Origin: Epithemia pelagica
Lineage: Eukaryota > Protista > Bacillariophyta
Assembly: GCA_946965045.2 (NCBI GenBank)
Contig: OX337232.1
Span: 930,001 to 994,000, forward strand
Reading direction: 5' to 3'
DNA: 64,000 nt
Every line of letters starts with the position of its first letter. The stretch's first letter is position 1. The position numbers and the translations under genes are program-made. The notes under the pieces were generated by a model that was given only the letters and a program-made list of their open reading frames with translations, made no database searches and was not told the origin of the DNA. Shown piece by piece: positions 34,801 through 44,259 of this stretch.

Positions 34801-36966
34801 CATTGTCCTGATGTATCTTTCCACGTCTCCAACGTGTTCGTCTCTTGAAGTATCATTGAGTGCGATCCCCATGTCGGCTAGAGCACCCTTCAAATACGAG
34901 AAAGCGCCATCCATCAATGACGATTCCACCTTGAAGCCAGCTCTTCGATATACCTGGCAGATGTGTTTGATTGCTTCCAACATTGGGCCTTCTTTCAAAC
35001 TCGCCATGGCTTCAACTGTACCAAACTTGATGTTTCTTGAAATGCTAGCTAGCATTGGGATGTTGTTGATATGTAGCACGTCCACACAGATAGTCACACG
35101 TCTGTACTTCTCCAGAATAACATTCGGGACAGGTGTTACAGGTGAGTCCACAATAGGCGGTCGCCTTCGAGTCGTCTTTCCTTTCAGGGCTCCAATATCA
35201 GGCCCAAAAATATGTTCTGCAGCCAATATATCGGCCCTTGTGACTGGACAGTTTGGTAGGGAATTTCCTTCCACAATTTTAATGTAGTCCCTTGTACATG
35301 GTCGTCCAATCTTGATTTGAAGTTCTCGTGCTCTAAGGGCTCTCATGTAGTCGTTGTTGGTGTATTTAGATTTATTGTCCCTGACTGTATTCACCACCAA
35401 CATATGTCCGTCATCATGCATCTCATCATTTGGGCTTGAAGTGTCTAGGTAGTGTAGTCCCGACTCGGCTTCCTTGAAAATATGCCTTTTTCCGTCTGGC
35501 TTATAAACAGTGAACTCGCCCCCGCTTTTCTTGGCCACATAGTCCACCCTTCCATATTTCTTTCTGATCCGACTGAGACTCAGCACATTTGCAATTCCTT
35601 TTGGGTCGTGCCACACCTCACCATATCCTTGCAAGTCTCCAACCATGTCGATTGTGCGTTTTCCTGCATTGCAATATATATTAATCTTCTTATCTGTCTT
35701 ACGTATATTCTTGAGCAAGGCTCTGTTACTGAAACAATCCACTGTTGACTGACTATCCAGAAGGATCCACGTCTTGGGTACAATAGCGTTAGATTGGGAA
35801 AACGAGAACGTCACAGCATTTACTTCAGTGCTCTCACCGTTGTTGTTGTTGTCATCATTGTTGTTGTTACCGTTTCCTTCTTGACCCTGCTGGTGTGGAC
35901 AGTCTCTTGCGTAATGACCTGTTCCTCCGCAGTTGTAACAGATGACTTGGCTCATGTCTCTCCCATTTGTCGAGGTTTGTGCAAATGCCACTCCATCATT
36001 CTCAGGAATGATGGCAACCGTGTCTTCCTCACGCCTCTGAAGAATATTGAAAGCATCGGATACTGTCTTTGGATAGTTGTCGTGATTGTCCAAGTGGCTG
36101 TTCCGCAAATGTTTAATATAACCCTTGTGGTTCTCGTTTGTTCCCCGGATAAACCGGATAGCCAAGGCGCGTTGTTTGGCTTCTTCATAGTCCTCTTCTT
36201 CAGGTTCATCACCTCGTCCATTGCTCTCAGCAATGTTATCAACCAGTGCTTGATCCCACACGGTAATACCCACCTCGTCTAGGACTGCAACTTGAGCAAC
36301 GAACAATTCGTGATATTTCTCCAGTGACATGTGTTTACCTTGTCTAAGTTTGTAAAAGCTCTCTTTTACGTCACACAATGAGTCAGCTAGGTTTCTCTTC
36401 TCCTCAAACGTATGGATGAGGGATCTCACAATAACCAGTAGAGCAATCCCATCCTGGCTCGCGGCTTCAAAGTCTTCATGCGACTTAAGCCGTTCTTGCA
36501 TCGCGTCTGTACATTGTCCGAACACAAGGCTGTACAGACTTGCTCGAAAGTTTGCATACTCTTGCATCTTGGTACGATGATCCTTGATGTTCAACTTCCA
36601 ATGTTCAAACGCCACCTGATCATTTGGGTCAGGATCATTTGGTTCATCTGGGTCATCGAGTTCTAGCGTTTCTATCGCTGCTGTGAAGTCACCTGGGTAT
36701 TTCGTAAACGTTCTTCCAACGTAGTTCGCAATCTCCTTGGTAGTACGTATGTACTTATCGGGGGTTCTCTCCCCGTTGTAATCGTAGATGTGGCCCGCCA
36801 ACGCCTTCTCCCGTCCTTCAAAGCGATTTCTCTGAAACTGATTATTTCTTCGGCCTGTACGGAAGTGGTTACCTCTGCCACCTCGACCGGAGCGTGGACG
36901 GCCATTTCCACGGCCACTGCTTCCACCATCTCTTGGGGGAGAGGGAGCATTACTGTCACTCGACAT
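31861..36966 (-). CDS. Copia gag-pol polyprotein, 1701 aa (gag, CCHC knuckle, protease, integrase, RT, RNase H)
   Basis: CYNCGGTGHYARDC; WILLDSQST; integrase (VDVLHI, MDGAF, HVGDVER); RT (VDVPGAFM, LYGTLKAARLFW, WHVDD); RNase H (WWIDASY, SSTESE, QDNLSAI, ADFFTKPL). Integrase precedes RT, the copia order. Confidence 0.97.
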   Translation of the reverse strand: MSSDSNAPSPPRDGGSSGRGNGRPRSGRGGRGNHFRTGRRNNQFQRNRFEGREKALAGHIYDYNGERTPDKYIRTTKEIANYVGRTFTKYPGDFTAAIETLELDDPDEPNDPDPNDQVAFEHWKLNIKDHRTKMQEYANFRASLYSLVFGQCTDAMQERLKSHEDFEAASQDGIALLVIVRSLIHTFEEKRNLADSLCDVKESFYKLRQGKHMSLEKYHELFVAQVAVLDEVGITVWDQALVDNIAESNGRGDEPEEEDYEEAKQRALAIRFIRGTNENHKGYIKHLRNSHLDNHDNYPKTVSDAFNILQRREEDTVAIIPENDGVAFAQTSTNGRDMSQVICYNCGGTGHYARDCPHQQGQEGNGNNNNDDNNNNGESTEVNAVTFSFSQSNAIVPKTWILLDSQSTVDCFSNRALLKNIRKTDKKINIYCNAGKRTIDMVGDLQGYGEVWHDPKGIANVLSLSRIRKKYGRVDYVAKKSGGEFTVYKPDGKRHIFKEAESGLHYLDTSSPNDEMHDDGHMLVVNTVRDNKSKYTNNDYMRALRARELQIKIGRPCTRDYIKIVEGNSLPNCPVTRADILAAEHIFGPDIGALKGKTTRRRPPIVDSPVTPVPNVILEKYRRVTICVDVLHINNIPMLASISRNIKFGTVEAMASLKEGPMLEAIKHICQVYRRAGFKVESSLMDGAFSYLKGALADMGIALNDTSRDEHVGDVERYIRTMKERIRATYNTLPFKKIPGRLVIEMAKSAVFWLNGFPIASGVSQEASPRTIITGQKLDYSRHCKYQFGEYCQTHEEHDNSMNPRTIGALALRPTGNAQGSYYFLSLSTGRVINRLHATALPMPDDVIDRVHRMARQQKANPGLVFGDRNNLANIFDLDDDDEDDDDFIPNEMDEIVDEYDEYDDPEDEIADNEDENQGVLPVVEEEENQGVLPVMDVAENEGVPPVVMELEPENDAMDPIDDDADVDDVPIEEEQEESSVSNTDVNNDPVMAAAEEGDNQSHHDEEESGNRENEGRYSLRSRRTRDYSYRYNPEEFDTNDRENEDEDGAVMAEVAGVEDTVETPQMSLKLGLKKFGEEGLDAVRKEMRQLHDRKVMRPVARYSLTPKQRRDALAYLMFLKRKRTGKVKGRGCADGRKQRDYIPKEDSTSPTVKTESVLLTAAIDAKEKRDVAVVDVPGAFMQADMDDIVHIRFTGEMLEMLLEIDPCYASYICYERGEKTLYVVLDKALYGTLKAARLFWEMLSKQLVEWGFVVNPYDECVANKECSGGQLTVTWHVDDIKVSHKSSTVVDQFIQQMEETFGKEGPLTISRGKVHDYLGMILDYSVEGSVIIRMESYINNMINDMPEDMIGVASTPASSSLFKVNTNGIPTLNPKKKEIFVHLVMQALYLSQRGRPDIRTAVSFLCGRLTCPDEDDYSKLSRMMKYLQGTRSLPLTLRVEDDGKLQWWIDASYAVHPNMRGHTGATMSMGKGSVFSGSWKQKMVTRSSTESEVVGVHDVLPQILWTKMFLEAQGFSIAANVLYQDNLSAILLEKNGRQSSTKRTKHMHLRYFYITDQVKKGEILIEHCPTKDMIADFFTKPLQGHLFHKLRNLVMGMDPPTDQMEDPRSVLKHEDRRTNDSEAGHSEAMPSTTKTKLVHQGDKKSYWNGSSNTDGDTSQPQDNKKGKDMAGSDAGVNASGMTTTRSYRDILIGEGHRRSN
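32136..32152 (-). promoter_or_regulatory. Polypurine tract GGAGGACCCAAGGAGTG adjacent to the 3' LTR
   Basis: Purine-rich run directly upstream of TGTTG of the 3' LTR on the element strand. Confidence 0.55.
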
Positions 36967-36968
36967 CG

Positions 36969-36982
36969 CTCTATAGCGAAAA
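36969..36982 (-). promoter_or_regulatory. Primer-binding site TTTTCGCTATAGAG, complementary to the element's own LTR (37049-37062)
   Basis: Immediately 3' of the 5' LTR on the element strand. A 14-nt perfect complement of CTCTATAGCGAAAA in the LTR; it lacks the TGG start of tRNA PBSs. Confidence 0.7.
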
Positions 36983-37763
36983 TGTTGAAACCAATTGCTC
37001 AGCCTTCAGCCTTTGCAATGGCACGCTTGTTTCTCCTTACAAACTTCGTTTTCGCTATAGAGTGAGCTCTCTCAGCTCGTCGTTAATCTAGTCTTAGTTT
37101 GATCTTCTATGACCTTCTCCGATTAGAATGTCCCTGTAACTTCTTGTCGTGGTCATTCCAGAGGCATTAACACCGGCGTCTGATCCGGCCATGTCTTTTC
37201 CTTTCTTGTTATCTTGTGGTTGACTTGTGTCCCCATCTGTATTGCTACTGCCGTTCCAGTATGACTTCTTGTCTCCCTGGTGGACAAGTTTAGTCTTAGT
37301 CGTACTCGGCATTGCTTCCGAATGACCAGCTTCCGAATCGTTCGTCCGTCGGTCCTCGTGCTTCAACAGAATCATCTCCAAATCGGCAACAAGCGACGAC
37401 ATTGACAAGCGGCGACAATGGCAACCACAACAAGCGGCGACAACCACAAAGACAGCAAGCGGTGACAATGACGACAACAACCCAAAGCTCGCTGAGGCCC
37501 AACGAAACACGCGGCGACAACCACCACAACAACAAGCGGTGACAACGACAACAACAATCAACTACTCCCTACCGCCGAACGAAACACTCGGCGACAAGGA
37601 CAACGCTCGGACATCAACAACCCCAATGCAACAATCAACGATCGAACATGGGATGGTGGTGAAACAACAATCAACAAAAGAAAGGATGGCGAACGAGGAT
37701 GGATGAACAAGGATGGATGGACAAGGGTGGATGAACGCGTAGCGAAAGCCTACGAAGTATGAT

Positions 37764-38783
37764 GTGATTATTACCTTTGAGCAAGAGAAAGAGTTTGTTG
37801 AGTCAGACCAAATCGAAGCAGTCGACTACGCTGAAAGGATACTGCGTGTACAGCGAGGTCGCTTGTTTGCGTTCACAGCGCTGTTCCATTGCTGTGGGAA
37901 CGAGAAAGTGATTCGTTGGATGAAAGTGTCCGTAGCTGATGGTCACTATGTGACTCAAGTGTCGAAACCGGCGTCATTGGCACCTTCTGGATTGGGGCAG
38001 CGACAACTTCTTACTATGTTGACGAGGACACCGAAGGAGCTTGGCTTGACTTTTCCCAATTTGGGAATGTCTGAATCTGGGGATGATATCAAGGTTCTTT
38101 CTTATTTAGGATGCGGTGCTACGTCGGATGTTTACCATGGTTTGTTGGGAGATGATAAGGGTGTTCTGAAGGTTCTCAAGGCAGATTTTGTTGATTTTGC
38201 CGATCATGAGGCAAACGTACTTGACCACCTAAGCAGATCCGGCAACCCTTTGTTGGCCAAAGGTTTGAAAGTCAAGACGGGTGTTTTGCTCTTCCACGAT
38301 TTCCTGGTCCCAATAAAGTCTTTGACCTCAAAACAAGTCGTCGACATTCTTTCATGTTTACAACATGCACACAAAGAAGACGTCGTACACCGCGACATCC
38401 GTCCGGACAACATTATGGAGGGGGCCGATGGCAGTGCTCGCATTGTTGACTGGGGTTTTGCCCACAAACGGGGCTCTAAAACTCCACTCTTCCAGGGTAC
38501 TTTTCGGTTCGCAGGGCATGAAGTTTTGGATGCTGCAATCGTGGGACAGGTTCGTGAGCCTCGTCCAAGGGATGACTTGGAGTCTTTTGTCCGAGTTATT
38601 TTTGCGATGAGTAATGCATCTCTTTGGCATGCAGTCAACAAAATCAACGATGGGGATTTTGGGGGTGCAAAAGCAGTTTGGGTGAAGTTTAGGGAGCAGA
38701 ACCCCAGAACGTTAGACATGTTTGAAGCTGCTGCAAACCTTGACTATGAGTTTCTTCGGCAAATCTTGCCTGGGATTGAATAA
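37764..38783 (+). CDS. Crinkler-like protein kinase, apparently 5'-truncated (partial REase-like segment + kinase)
   Basis: LGCGATSDVY, GVLKVLK, HEANVL, VVHRDIRPDNIM, IVDWGFA, GTFRFA, RPRDDLESF. The upstream frame reads RKPTKYDVIITFEQEKEF and is cut by the dispersed repeat; no ATG start. Confidence 0.75.
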   Translation: MIITFEQEKEFVESDQIEAVDYAERILRVQRGRLFAFTALFHCCGNEKVIRWMKVSVADGHYVTQVSKPASLAPSGLGQRQLLTMLTRTPKELGLTFPNLGMSESGDDIKVLSYLGCGATSDVYHGLLGDDKGVLKVLKADFVDFADHEANVLDHLSRSGNPLLAKGLKVKTGVLLFHDFLVPIKSLTSKQVVDILSCLQHAHKEDVVHRDIRPDNIMEGADGSARIVDWGFAHKRGSKTPLFQGTFRFAGHEVLDAAIVGQVREPRPRDDLESFVRVIFAMSNASLWHAVNKINDGDFGGAKAVWVKFREQNPRTLDMFEAAANLDYEFLRQILPGIE

Positions 38784-39716
38784 CAAACCAGGCAGGTGTG
38801 AGTCAACGGAAGTGAGACAGAAGAAATTAAGGATGGATTGACCATTGCAATAGGGGATTCCCACCAAGGGCCACTTCCTCTTGTTCGTCGTCATTGGCAT
38901 CTTGTTCGTTGGCGCTAAACGGCTGCCGCCCATATCGCAATCATACCATGGGTTGGAACAGGCGGTTGGGCAGGCGGGCGAGGAGCAGTAACCTACCCTG
39001 GAGGCTCAATGAGGATTTGTGAATTTTATCGGCCGGATTGAATACGGTCGACGCACACCTGTCCACGCATCCATATCCTTAAACTTGAACGGAATTGGAC
39101 TCTGTCAAGAAAGATCCAGTTTTGCGACATCCTGGGAGGTCGTTGCACAAAACCGATCAGGGTTGTAGTTCAAGATGGGGTCGATCCGGGTGTTGAAAAC
39201 ATCTGGATCACGGATGGAATGAAGCCTTAATCACACTCAAGTGCGGACAGCGCAGCTACACACAAGCATTCGTAGGCCGTACCGTGAGCCGTGAAGGCTA
39301 CGGAAGCTTGGACTGGTGGATGTGACCGATTCGGCGAGAGCCTGCATCAGAATGCCCAGAGGCAGAGGGAACTAGCTGACTTAGCGCGTATTGGTGGGGT
39401 GGCCATTACACACTGAGGCTAGTGCGCTTGCAAATACGCCCTTCCACAATCCGTCCGCCTCATCGCTTTGCAACAAAGTCCAATTCTGTACAGTGGATCG
39501 AGCCAAGTACCGGACTTCGTTGCCTGCCGAAAAGGAACACATGGTCAAGGTCACCTGGTCCGGCAGTGTCGTCAACGACTAGGCTGTTACACCAACGACG
39601 AGGATAGAGTAAAAGGACAAGGGTGACTGTGCATGTCAATCGTTTCTCTAACAACGACCGTATTGTAGACGCCAAACAAAGTTCGTGACGAGATACCCAC
39701 ACCAAAACTGATCCAT

Positions 39717-42290
39717 CTAAGCAGTTACATTCATCCGTTTTGATTTCTTCGTCCCTTTTTCTCGTTTTTCTGGCTTCCGTTTCTTCGGTTCATTATTATC
39801 GTTCTTTAATCCATCAAGCTTGGCCCAGGACAGCCACTCAGTTTCCTTACCGGCATGTTCAGTGATGATGCGAACGGCTGCATTGCGCCTATTATCAATT
39901 CTTTCTGATAGTTCATTCCGATTGTCATTCGTCACAGTCATAGGAAATCGACCCATGTCCCATTCTACTTCCCCACGATTCAGAAGAGCTGCGATTGAGA
40001 AACCTAGGCTGCACAAGTCATACTCTTCTTTCGGGTACCACTCCTCTCCAGGGTACTTCTGGAAAATATCTCGGTGGGTGTACAATGGAGTACCCACGAA
40101 ACCATCTATCTTCTCGTCCACATGCGACGCAACACCAAAATCAACGAGAAAAGCCCGGACGCTGTCAGCACCCCCTACCACGATCATGTTTTTTGGAGAC
40201 ACATCGTTGTGAAAAAACTTCTTGCTGTGAATGAAATCCAGAGCACTCTTTAGTTGCGTTGACACTTTCTTCAGAAACACCAAAGGATTTTTGGTAGAAA
40301 GAATGGCCGACAAGATAGGTTTTCCTCTTGGCTGAAGAACCAAACCTTGAATTTCTTTATCAATGCCCCCAAGACTGAAAGAGATTGTTGTTTCCTCCTT
40401 CAAAATAGGAAGGCCAATCTCGTCAAGGTCTGTCTTTTTTCGGCCAAGTCTGTCGAGCACACGTTTCTCATTTTGAATGTGCACAGCAGACAAAAGTATG
40501 GGTACTTTCAAAATCGACTCGAGATCTGTGCTCAATCCCATAACAGCACTGAATGTGCCTGTCCCAAGGAGCTCACCCACTTGTGTGACGTGCGTGAAAA
40601 GACGACTGTAATTAGGTCCAAAGAAGTCGGCCCGACGCTTCTGCATGATCTCCCATAGAAATCGAATGCCACGAGGAATGCCTTGTTCATCGACTCCTCT
40701 ATTTTCACGGTAGAGCTGTTCTTCAAGATCATCATAATCGTTGCAGCGTCCGACCCATTTCTTGAAACACCGTTGCGTCATGAGAGGCAACGGCTTTGAC
40801 TGGTATAGAACGAGACTTGCCACTTCAAAGTCAGAATTGGTAGCTTCCTTCATACGAAGCTCCAGCTTGTACACGGTTATGTACGCTAATGTACAAGTCA
40901 TCCCCGTCGCAAAACCATCCGAGCCAACGCCATACATATTGAAACTATGGTATACGTTCTTTGACAGATGGCCCAGAATTTGCTCAAGGCTCTCATGCTT
41001 CAGCGAATCATGCCCTTGCGTCGCTCGAACGAATGGCTTCACCTCCAATGCAAGTTTGAGATGATGATCAAACATTACAAAGAGAAAACCGCCAGGCTTT
41101 GAAATGCATACGTCCACTATCCGTTTCGGGCGTTTCGAGGTGGCAGGGATGATCTGGTTTGCTTTGACCATCTTCTTCACGGGCGAAAAAGGAGTAGGAC
41201 TTTCGAAATGCTTCCAGCAGCCAGCAATGCGCTCAAGTAACCCATGAAAAACTTGTTGTGCCCCCGCGATTTCTTGAGACTGCGGACCGGGGAATGATAA
41301 GTCAGTCTCCGTATTGTCACGAGCACCTGCCTTGAACCATTCCACCCCACGCGCTATTTTCTCTTTGTATTTTAATTCCTTGCTGCCAAGGTGTCTTGCG
41401 TCCTTTATCCACTTTTCCCAGTCTTCTGCTGCCGTCTTTAGCTCCTGGTAAGCCACACCTGAGGGATTAGAAGTATAGAAAGAATGGAGATCAAAATTTT
41501 GTCTTTTTTTAAACAAAGATGTTTCTTCCACGGATTCCCCAGCAAGCTTTCCCGGCTTGTGCAGATCTATCACTCTCGCAGCTGCGTCCTTCGTGTCTTT
41601 CCCCATTGTAATTGTACGTTCTGCTTGAGACATACGGGCACAGAGGGTTAAAGTTTGGTCCACTGCAAGGATCGACTCGAGACTTTCTCCAACAACTCGC
41701 ACAGCTCTTGATATCTTGTCATTCACTGCCTTCTCCTCGGCACTCACTGCCTCCTTCCTTTTTAGTGTTTCGATTTCAGCTTCTTGTTTCACAAACTTAA
41801 TCGCAAGGCTCTGCTGATGTTCCGGCGCCATTTTTTCTACAAACTCCTGTTCTGTGGCATTCAGTTTCTTCAGGAGATCATGAAGCGAAAGTTCATCGAT
41901 GGGCGGATCGCTCATCACCGAAAGGTCATTGCTGGTTGGCTTGTTCATGACCGAAAGGTCATTGCTGCTTGGATCGCTCGTCACGTTCCCGTTCATTCCA
42001 TCCAAGTCAGCGAGAGCACGACAGAACTTCTCCGATGCCTCGTGCACAGCAGTCTTCAACGTTGCCGGAAAGTACGGGATGCAACGAATATAACTTCTGA
42101 TCTTTCCTAAAGTTGTAGGTGATACCGCGCCACGAAAGGACTCGTGCAGAGCATCCAATTGACGACGGTACCGGGCCCAGTTCTCCAAAGTTGAACTGGT
42201 ATCGACGTCTTGAAGATGGACTGCTTTGTCTATATGATCCTGAGCTGCTGTCTCTTCTTCCGAAGTGATTCCGGTTGTGTGCTCCGCCAT
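39717..42290 (-). CDS. Crinkler-like effector: N-terminal helical/coiled-coil region + PD-(D/E)xK nuclease-like domain + protein kinase, 857 aa
   Basis: IVDVCISKPGG...LALEVKP (D..ExK); LLGTGTFSAV, LKVP, NEKRVL, FHNDVSPKN, VDFGVA, GFVGTPLY, YDLCSLG. Confidence 0.8.
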   Translation of the reverse strand: MAEHTTGITSEEETAAQDHIDKAVHLQDVDTSSTLENWARYRRQLDALHESFRGAVSPTTLGKIRSYIRCIPYFPATLKTAVHEASEKFCRALADLDGMNGNVTSDPSSNDLSVMNKPTSNDLSVMSDPPIDELSLHDLLKKLNATEQEFVEKMAPEHQQSLAIKFVKQEAEIETLKRKEAVSAEEKAVNDKISRAVRVVGESLESILAVDQTLTLCARMSQAERTITMGKDTKDAAARVIDLHKPGKLAGESVEETSLFKKRQNFDLHSFYTSNPSGVAYQELKTAAEDWEKWIKDARHLGSKELKYKEKIARGVEWFKAGARDNTETDLSFPGPQSQEIAGAQQVFHGLLERIAGCWKHFESPTPFSPVKKMVKANQIIPATSKRPKRIVDVCISKPGGFLFVMFDHHLKLALEVKPFVRATQGHDSLKHESLEQILGHLSKNVYHSFNMYGVGSDGFATGMTCTLAYITVYKLELRMKEATNSDFEVASLVLYQSKPLPLMTQRCFKKWVGRCNDYDDLEEQLYRENRGVDEQGIPRGIRFLWEIMQKRRADFFGPNYSRLFTHVTQVGELLGTGTFSAVMGLSTDLESILKVPILLSAVHIQNEKRVLDRLGRKKTDLDEIGLPILKEETTISFSLGGIDKEIQGLVLQPRGKPILSAILSTKNPLVFLKKVSTQLKSALDFIHSKKFFHNDVSPKNMIVVGGADSVRAFLVDFGVASHVDEKIDGFVGTPLYTHRDIFQKYPGEEWYPKEEYDLCSLGFSIAALLNRGEVEWDMGRFPMTVTNDNRNELSERIDNRRNAAVRIITEHAGKETEWLSWAKLDGLKNDNNEPKKRKPEKREKGTKKSKRMNVTA

Positions 42291-42401
42291 GTTTGCTTAT
42301 GTTTTTCTTTGATGCTGATGCTTGTTGTAATTCGGCGGCGTGATTCCTCATTCTTGTATGCGATACATGATTGATTGATTGGGTGGAGGAAGCGGTCTCT
42401 C

Positions 42402-42460
42402 CGTAGTCCGTAGTCCGCAGTCCGCAGTCCGTAGTCCGTAGTCCGTAGTCGTTTGCGTAG
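42402..42460. repeat. (CCGTAGT/CCGCAGT)n heptamer array
   Basis: About 7 units upstream of the 857-aa gene. Confidence 0.85.
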
Positions 42461-42612
42461 TCGGTAGTCGGATGTGCGACAGTACCAGTATATTGTAAGG
42501 GTGGGTCTTAACATTGGGAATGTAAACACGTTGGTGAATTGGGGGGATACCTTATTTCGCTAAGTGTTGCAGACTACACGTAGGTAGTAGGGCGTAGTGC
42601 TATAATTTTTAA

Positions 42613-42727
42613 TAGAGGTTGGTATCGCGAGCTCGATGCGGGTAGGGCTTGCGCGAATCTCAGTCTTTGCGGGTCCAAATACCAGCGTGTTTCGCAGTTT
42701 CGCAATACTATCGGATTTTATGTACTC
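42613..42727. mobile_element. Left end of a hAT MITE related to 20521-20825, truncated
   Basis: TAGAGGTTGGTATCGCGAGCTC...CTATCGGATTTTATGTACTC aligns with the first ~120 bp of the 20521 MITE. Confidence 0.8.
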
Positions 42728-44259
42728 ATCTTCACGGTAGAGCTGTTCTTCAAGATCAACATAAGCGTTGCAGCTCCCGACCCATTTCTTGAAGCATTCT
42801 CGTGTCATCAAAGGCAACGGCTTTGACTCGTATAGGACGAGACTTGCCACTTCAAAGTCAGGATTGGTAGCTTCCTTCATTCGAAGCTCCAGCTTGTACA
42901 CGGCTATGTACCCTAATGTACAAGTCATCCCCGTCGCAAAACCATCCGAGCCAACGCCATACATATTGAAACTATGGTACACGTTCTTTGACAGATGGCC
43001 CAGAATTTGCTCAAAGCTCTCATGCTTCAGCGAATCATGCCCTTGCGTCGCTCGAACGAATGGCTTCACCTCCAATGCAAGTTTGAGATGATGATCAAAC
43101 ATTACAAAGAGAAAACCGCCAGGCTTTGAAACGCATACGTCCACTATCCGTTTCGGGCGTTTCGAGGTGGCAGGGATGATCTGGTTTGCTTTGACCATCT
43201 TCTTCACGGGCGAAAAAGGAGTAGGACTTTTGAAACGCTTCCAGCAGCCAGCAATGCGCTCAAGTAACCCATGAAAACTTGTTGTGCCCCCGCGATTTCT
43301 TGAGACTGCGGACCGGGGAATGATAAGTCAGTCTCCGTATTGTCACGAGCACCTGCCTTGAACCATTCCACCCCACGCGCTATTTTCTCTTTGTATTTTA
43401 ATTCCTTGCTGCCAAGGTGTCTTGCGTTCATTATCCACTTTTCCCAGTCTTCTGCTGTCTTTTGTAGCTCCTGGTATTGCACACCTGAGGGATTAGAAGT
43501 ATAGAAAGAACGGAGATCAAAATCTTGTTTGCTTTGAAACAAAGCTGTTTCTTCCTCGGATTCCCCAGCAAGCTTTCCCGGCTTGTGCCGATCTATCACT
43601 TTCGCAGCTGCGTCCTTCGTTTCCGACCCGATTGGAATTGTACGTTCTGCTTGAGACATACGGCCACAGAGAGTGAGCGTTCGGTCCACTCTATTGATGG
43701 ACTTGAGACTTTTTCCAACAACTTCCGAAGCTGCCTCTTTCGCGGCATACACTGCCTCTTTCGCGGCATACACTGCCTTGAGTCCTTCGATTTCAGCCTT
43801 CCGTGCAGCTTCTTGTTTCACAAACTCAATCGCAAGGCTCTGCTGATGTTCCGACGCCATTTTTTCTACAAACTCCTGTTTTGTGGCACTCAGTTTCTTC
43901 AGGAGATCATGAAGCGGAAGGTCATCGCTGGTCGGATCGCTCATCAAGTTCCCATCATTCCAGTCACTTGTCGAGTTCATTCCATGCAAGGCATGGAAAG
44001 CACGACAGAAGTTCTCCGATGCCTCGTCCATGGCAGTCTTCAACGTATCCGGAAAGTACGGGATGCTACGAATAAGACTGCTGAGCTCACTTACGTTTGA
44101 AGGTGATCCCGCGTCATCAGAGGATATGCGCAGAGCATCCAATCGCTCATGATACCCGTCCCATTTCTCCTGAGTAGAACGCGTGGCGCCGCCTTCATGA
44201 TGGACTTTCTTCACATGGGTCTCAGCTGCTCTCTCTTCTCCCGAACTAATTCCGCTCAT
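42728..44259 (-). pseudogene. Tandem paralog of the 857-aa REase-kinase gene; frameshifted (A4 vs A5 at ~43274) and lacking the kinase domain
   Basis: ORFs 43204-44259 and 42560-43207 match the 857-aa protein (KEKIARGVEWFKAGARDNTETDLSFPGPQSQEIAGAQQV.., VDVCVSKPGG..ALEVKP). Similarity stops at EEQLYRE, where the hAT end begins. Confidence 0.85.

Larger units (their letters stand above)
31750..37368 (-). mobile_element. Full-length Ty1/copia LTR retrotransposon (CoDi-like)
   Basis: Two 386-bp LTRs (TGTTG...CAACA) at 31750-32135 and 36983-37368 with no difference seen by eye. 5-bp TSD GAATC at 31745-31749 and 37369-37373. Confidence 0.97.

Noticed and set aside
37094-37561. 155-aa ORF sharing its C-terminus with the copia polyprotein
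   Set aside because: It is the 5' LTR copy of the U3 coding stretch fused by chance to flanking repeat sequence.
38950-39700. Minus-strand frames with scattered stops between the kinase genes
   Set aside because: Possibly a decayed gene, but no recognisable motif supports a feature.
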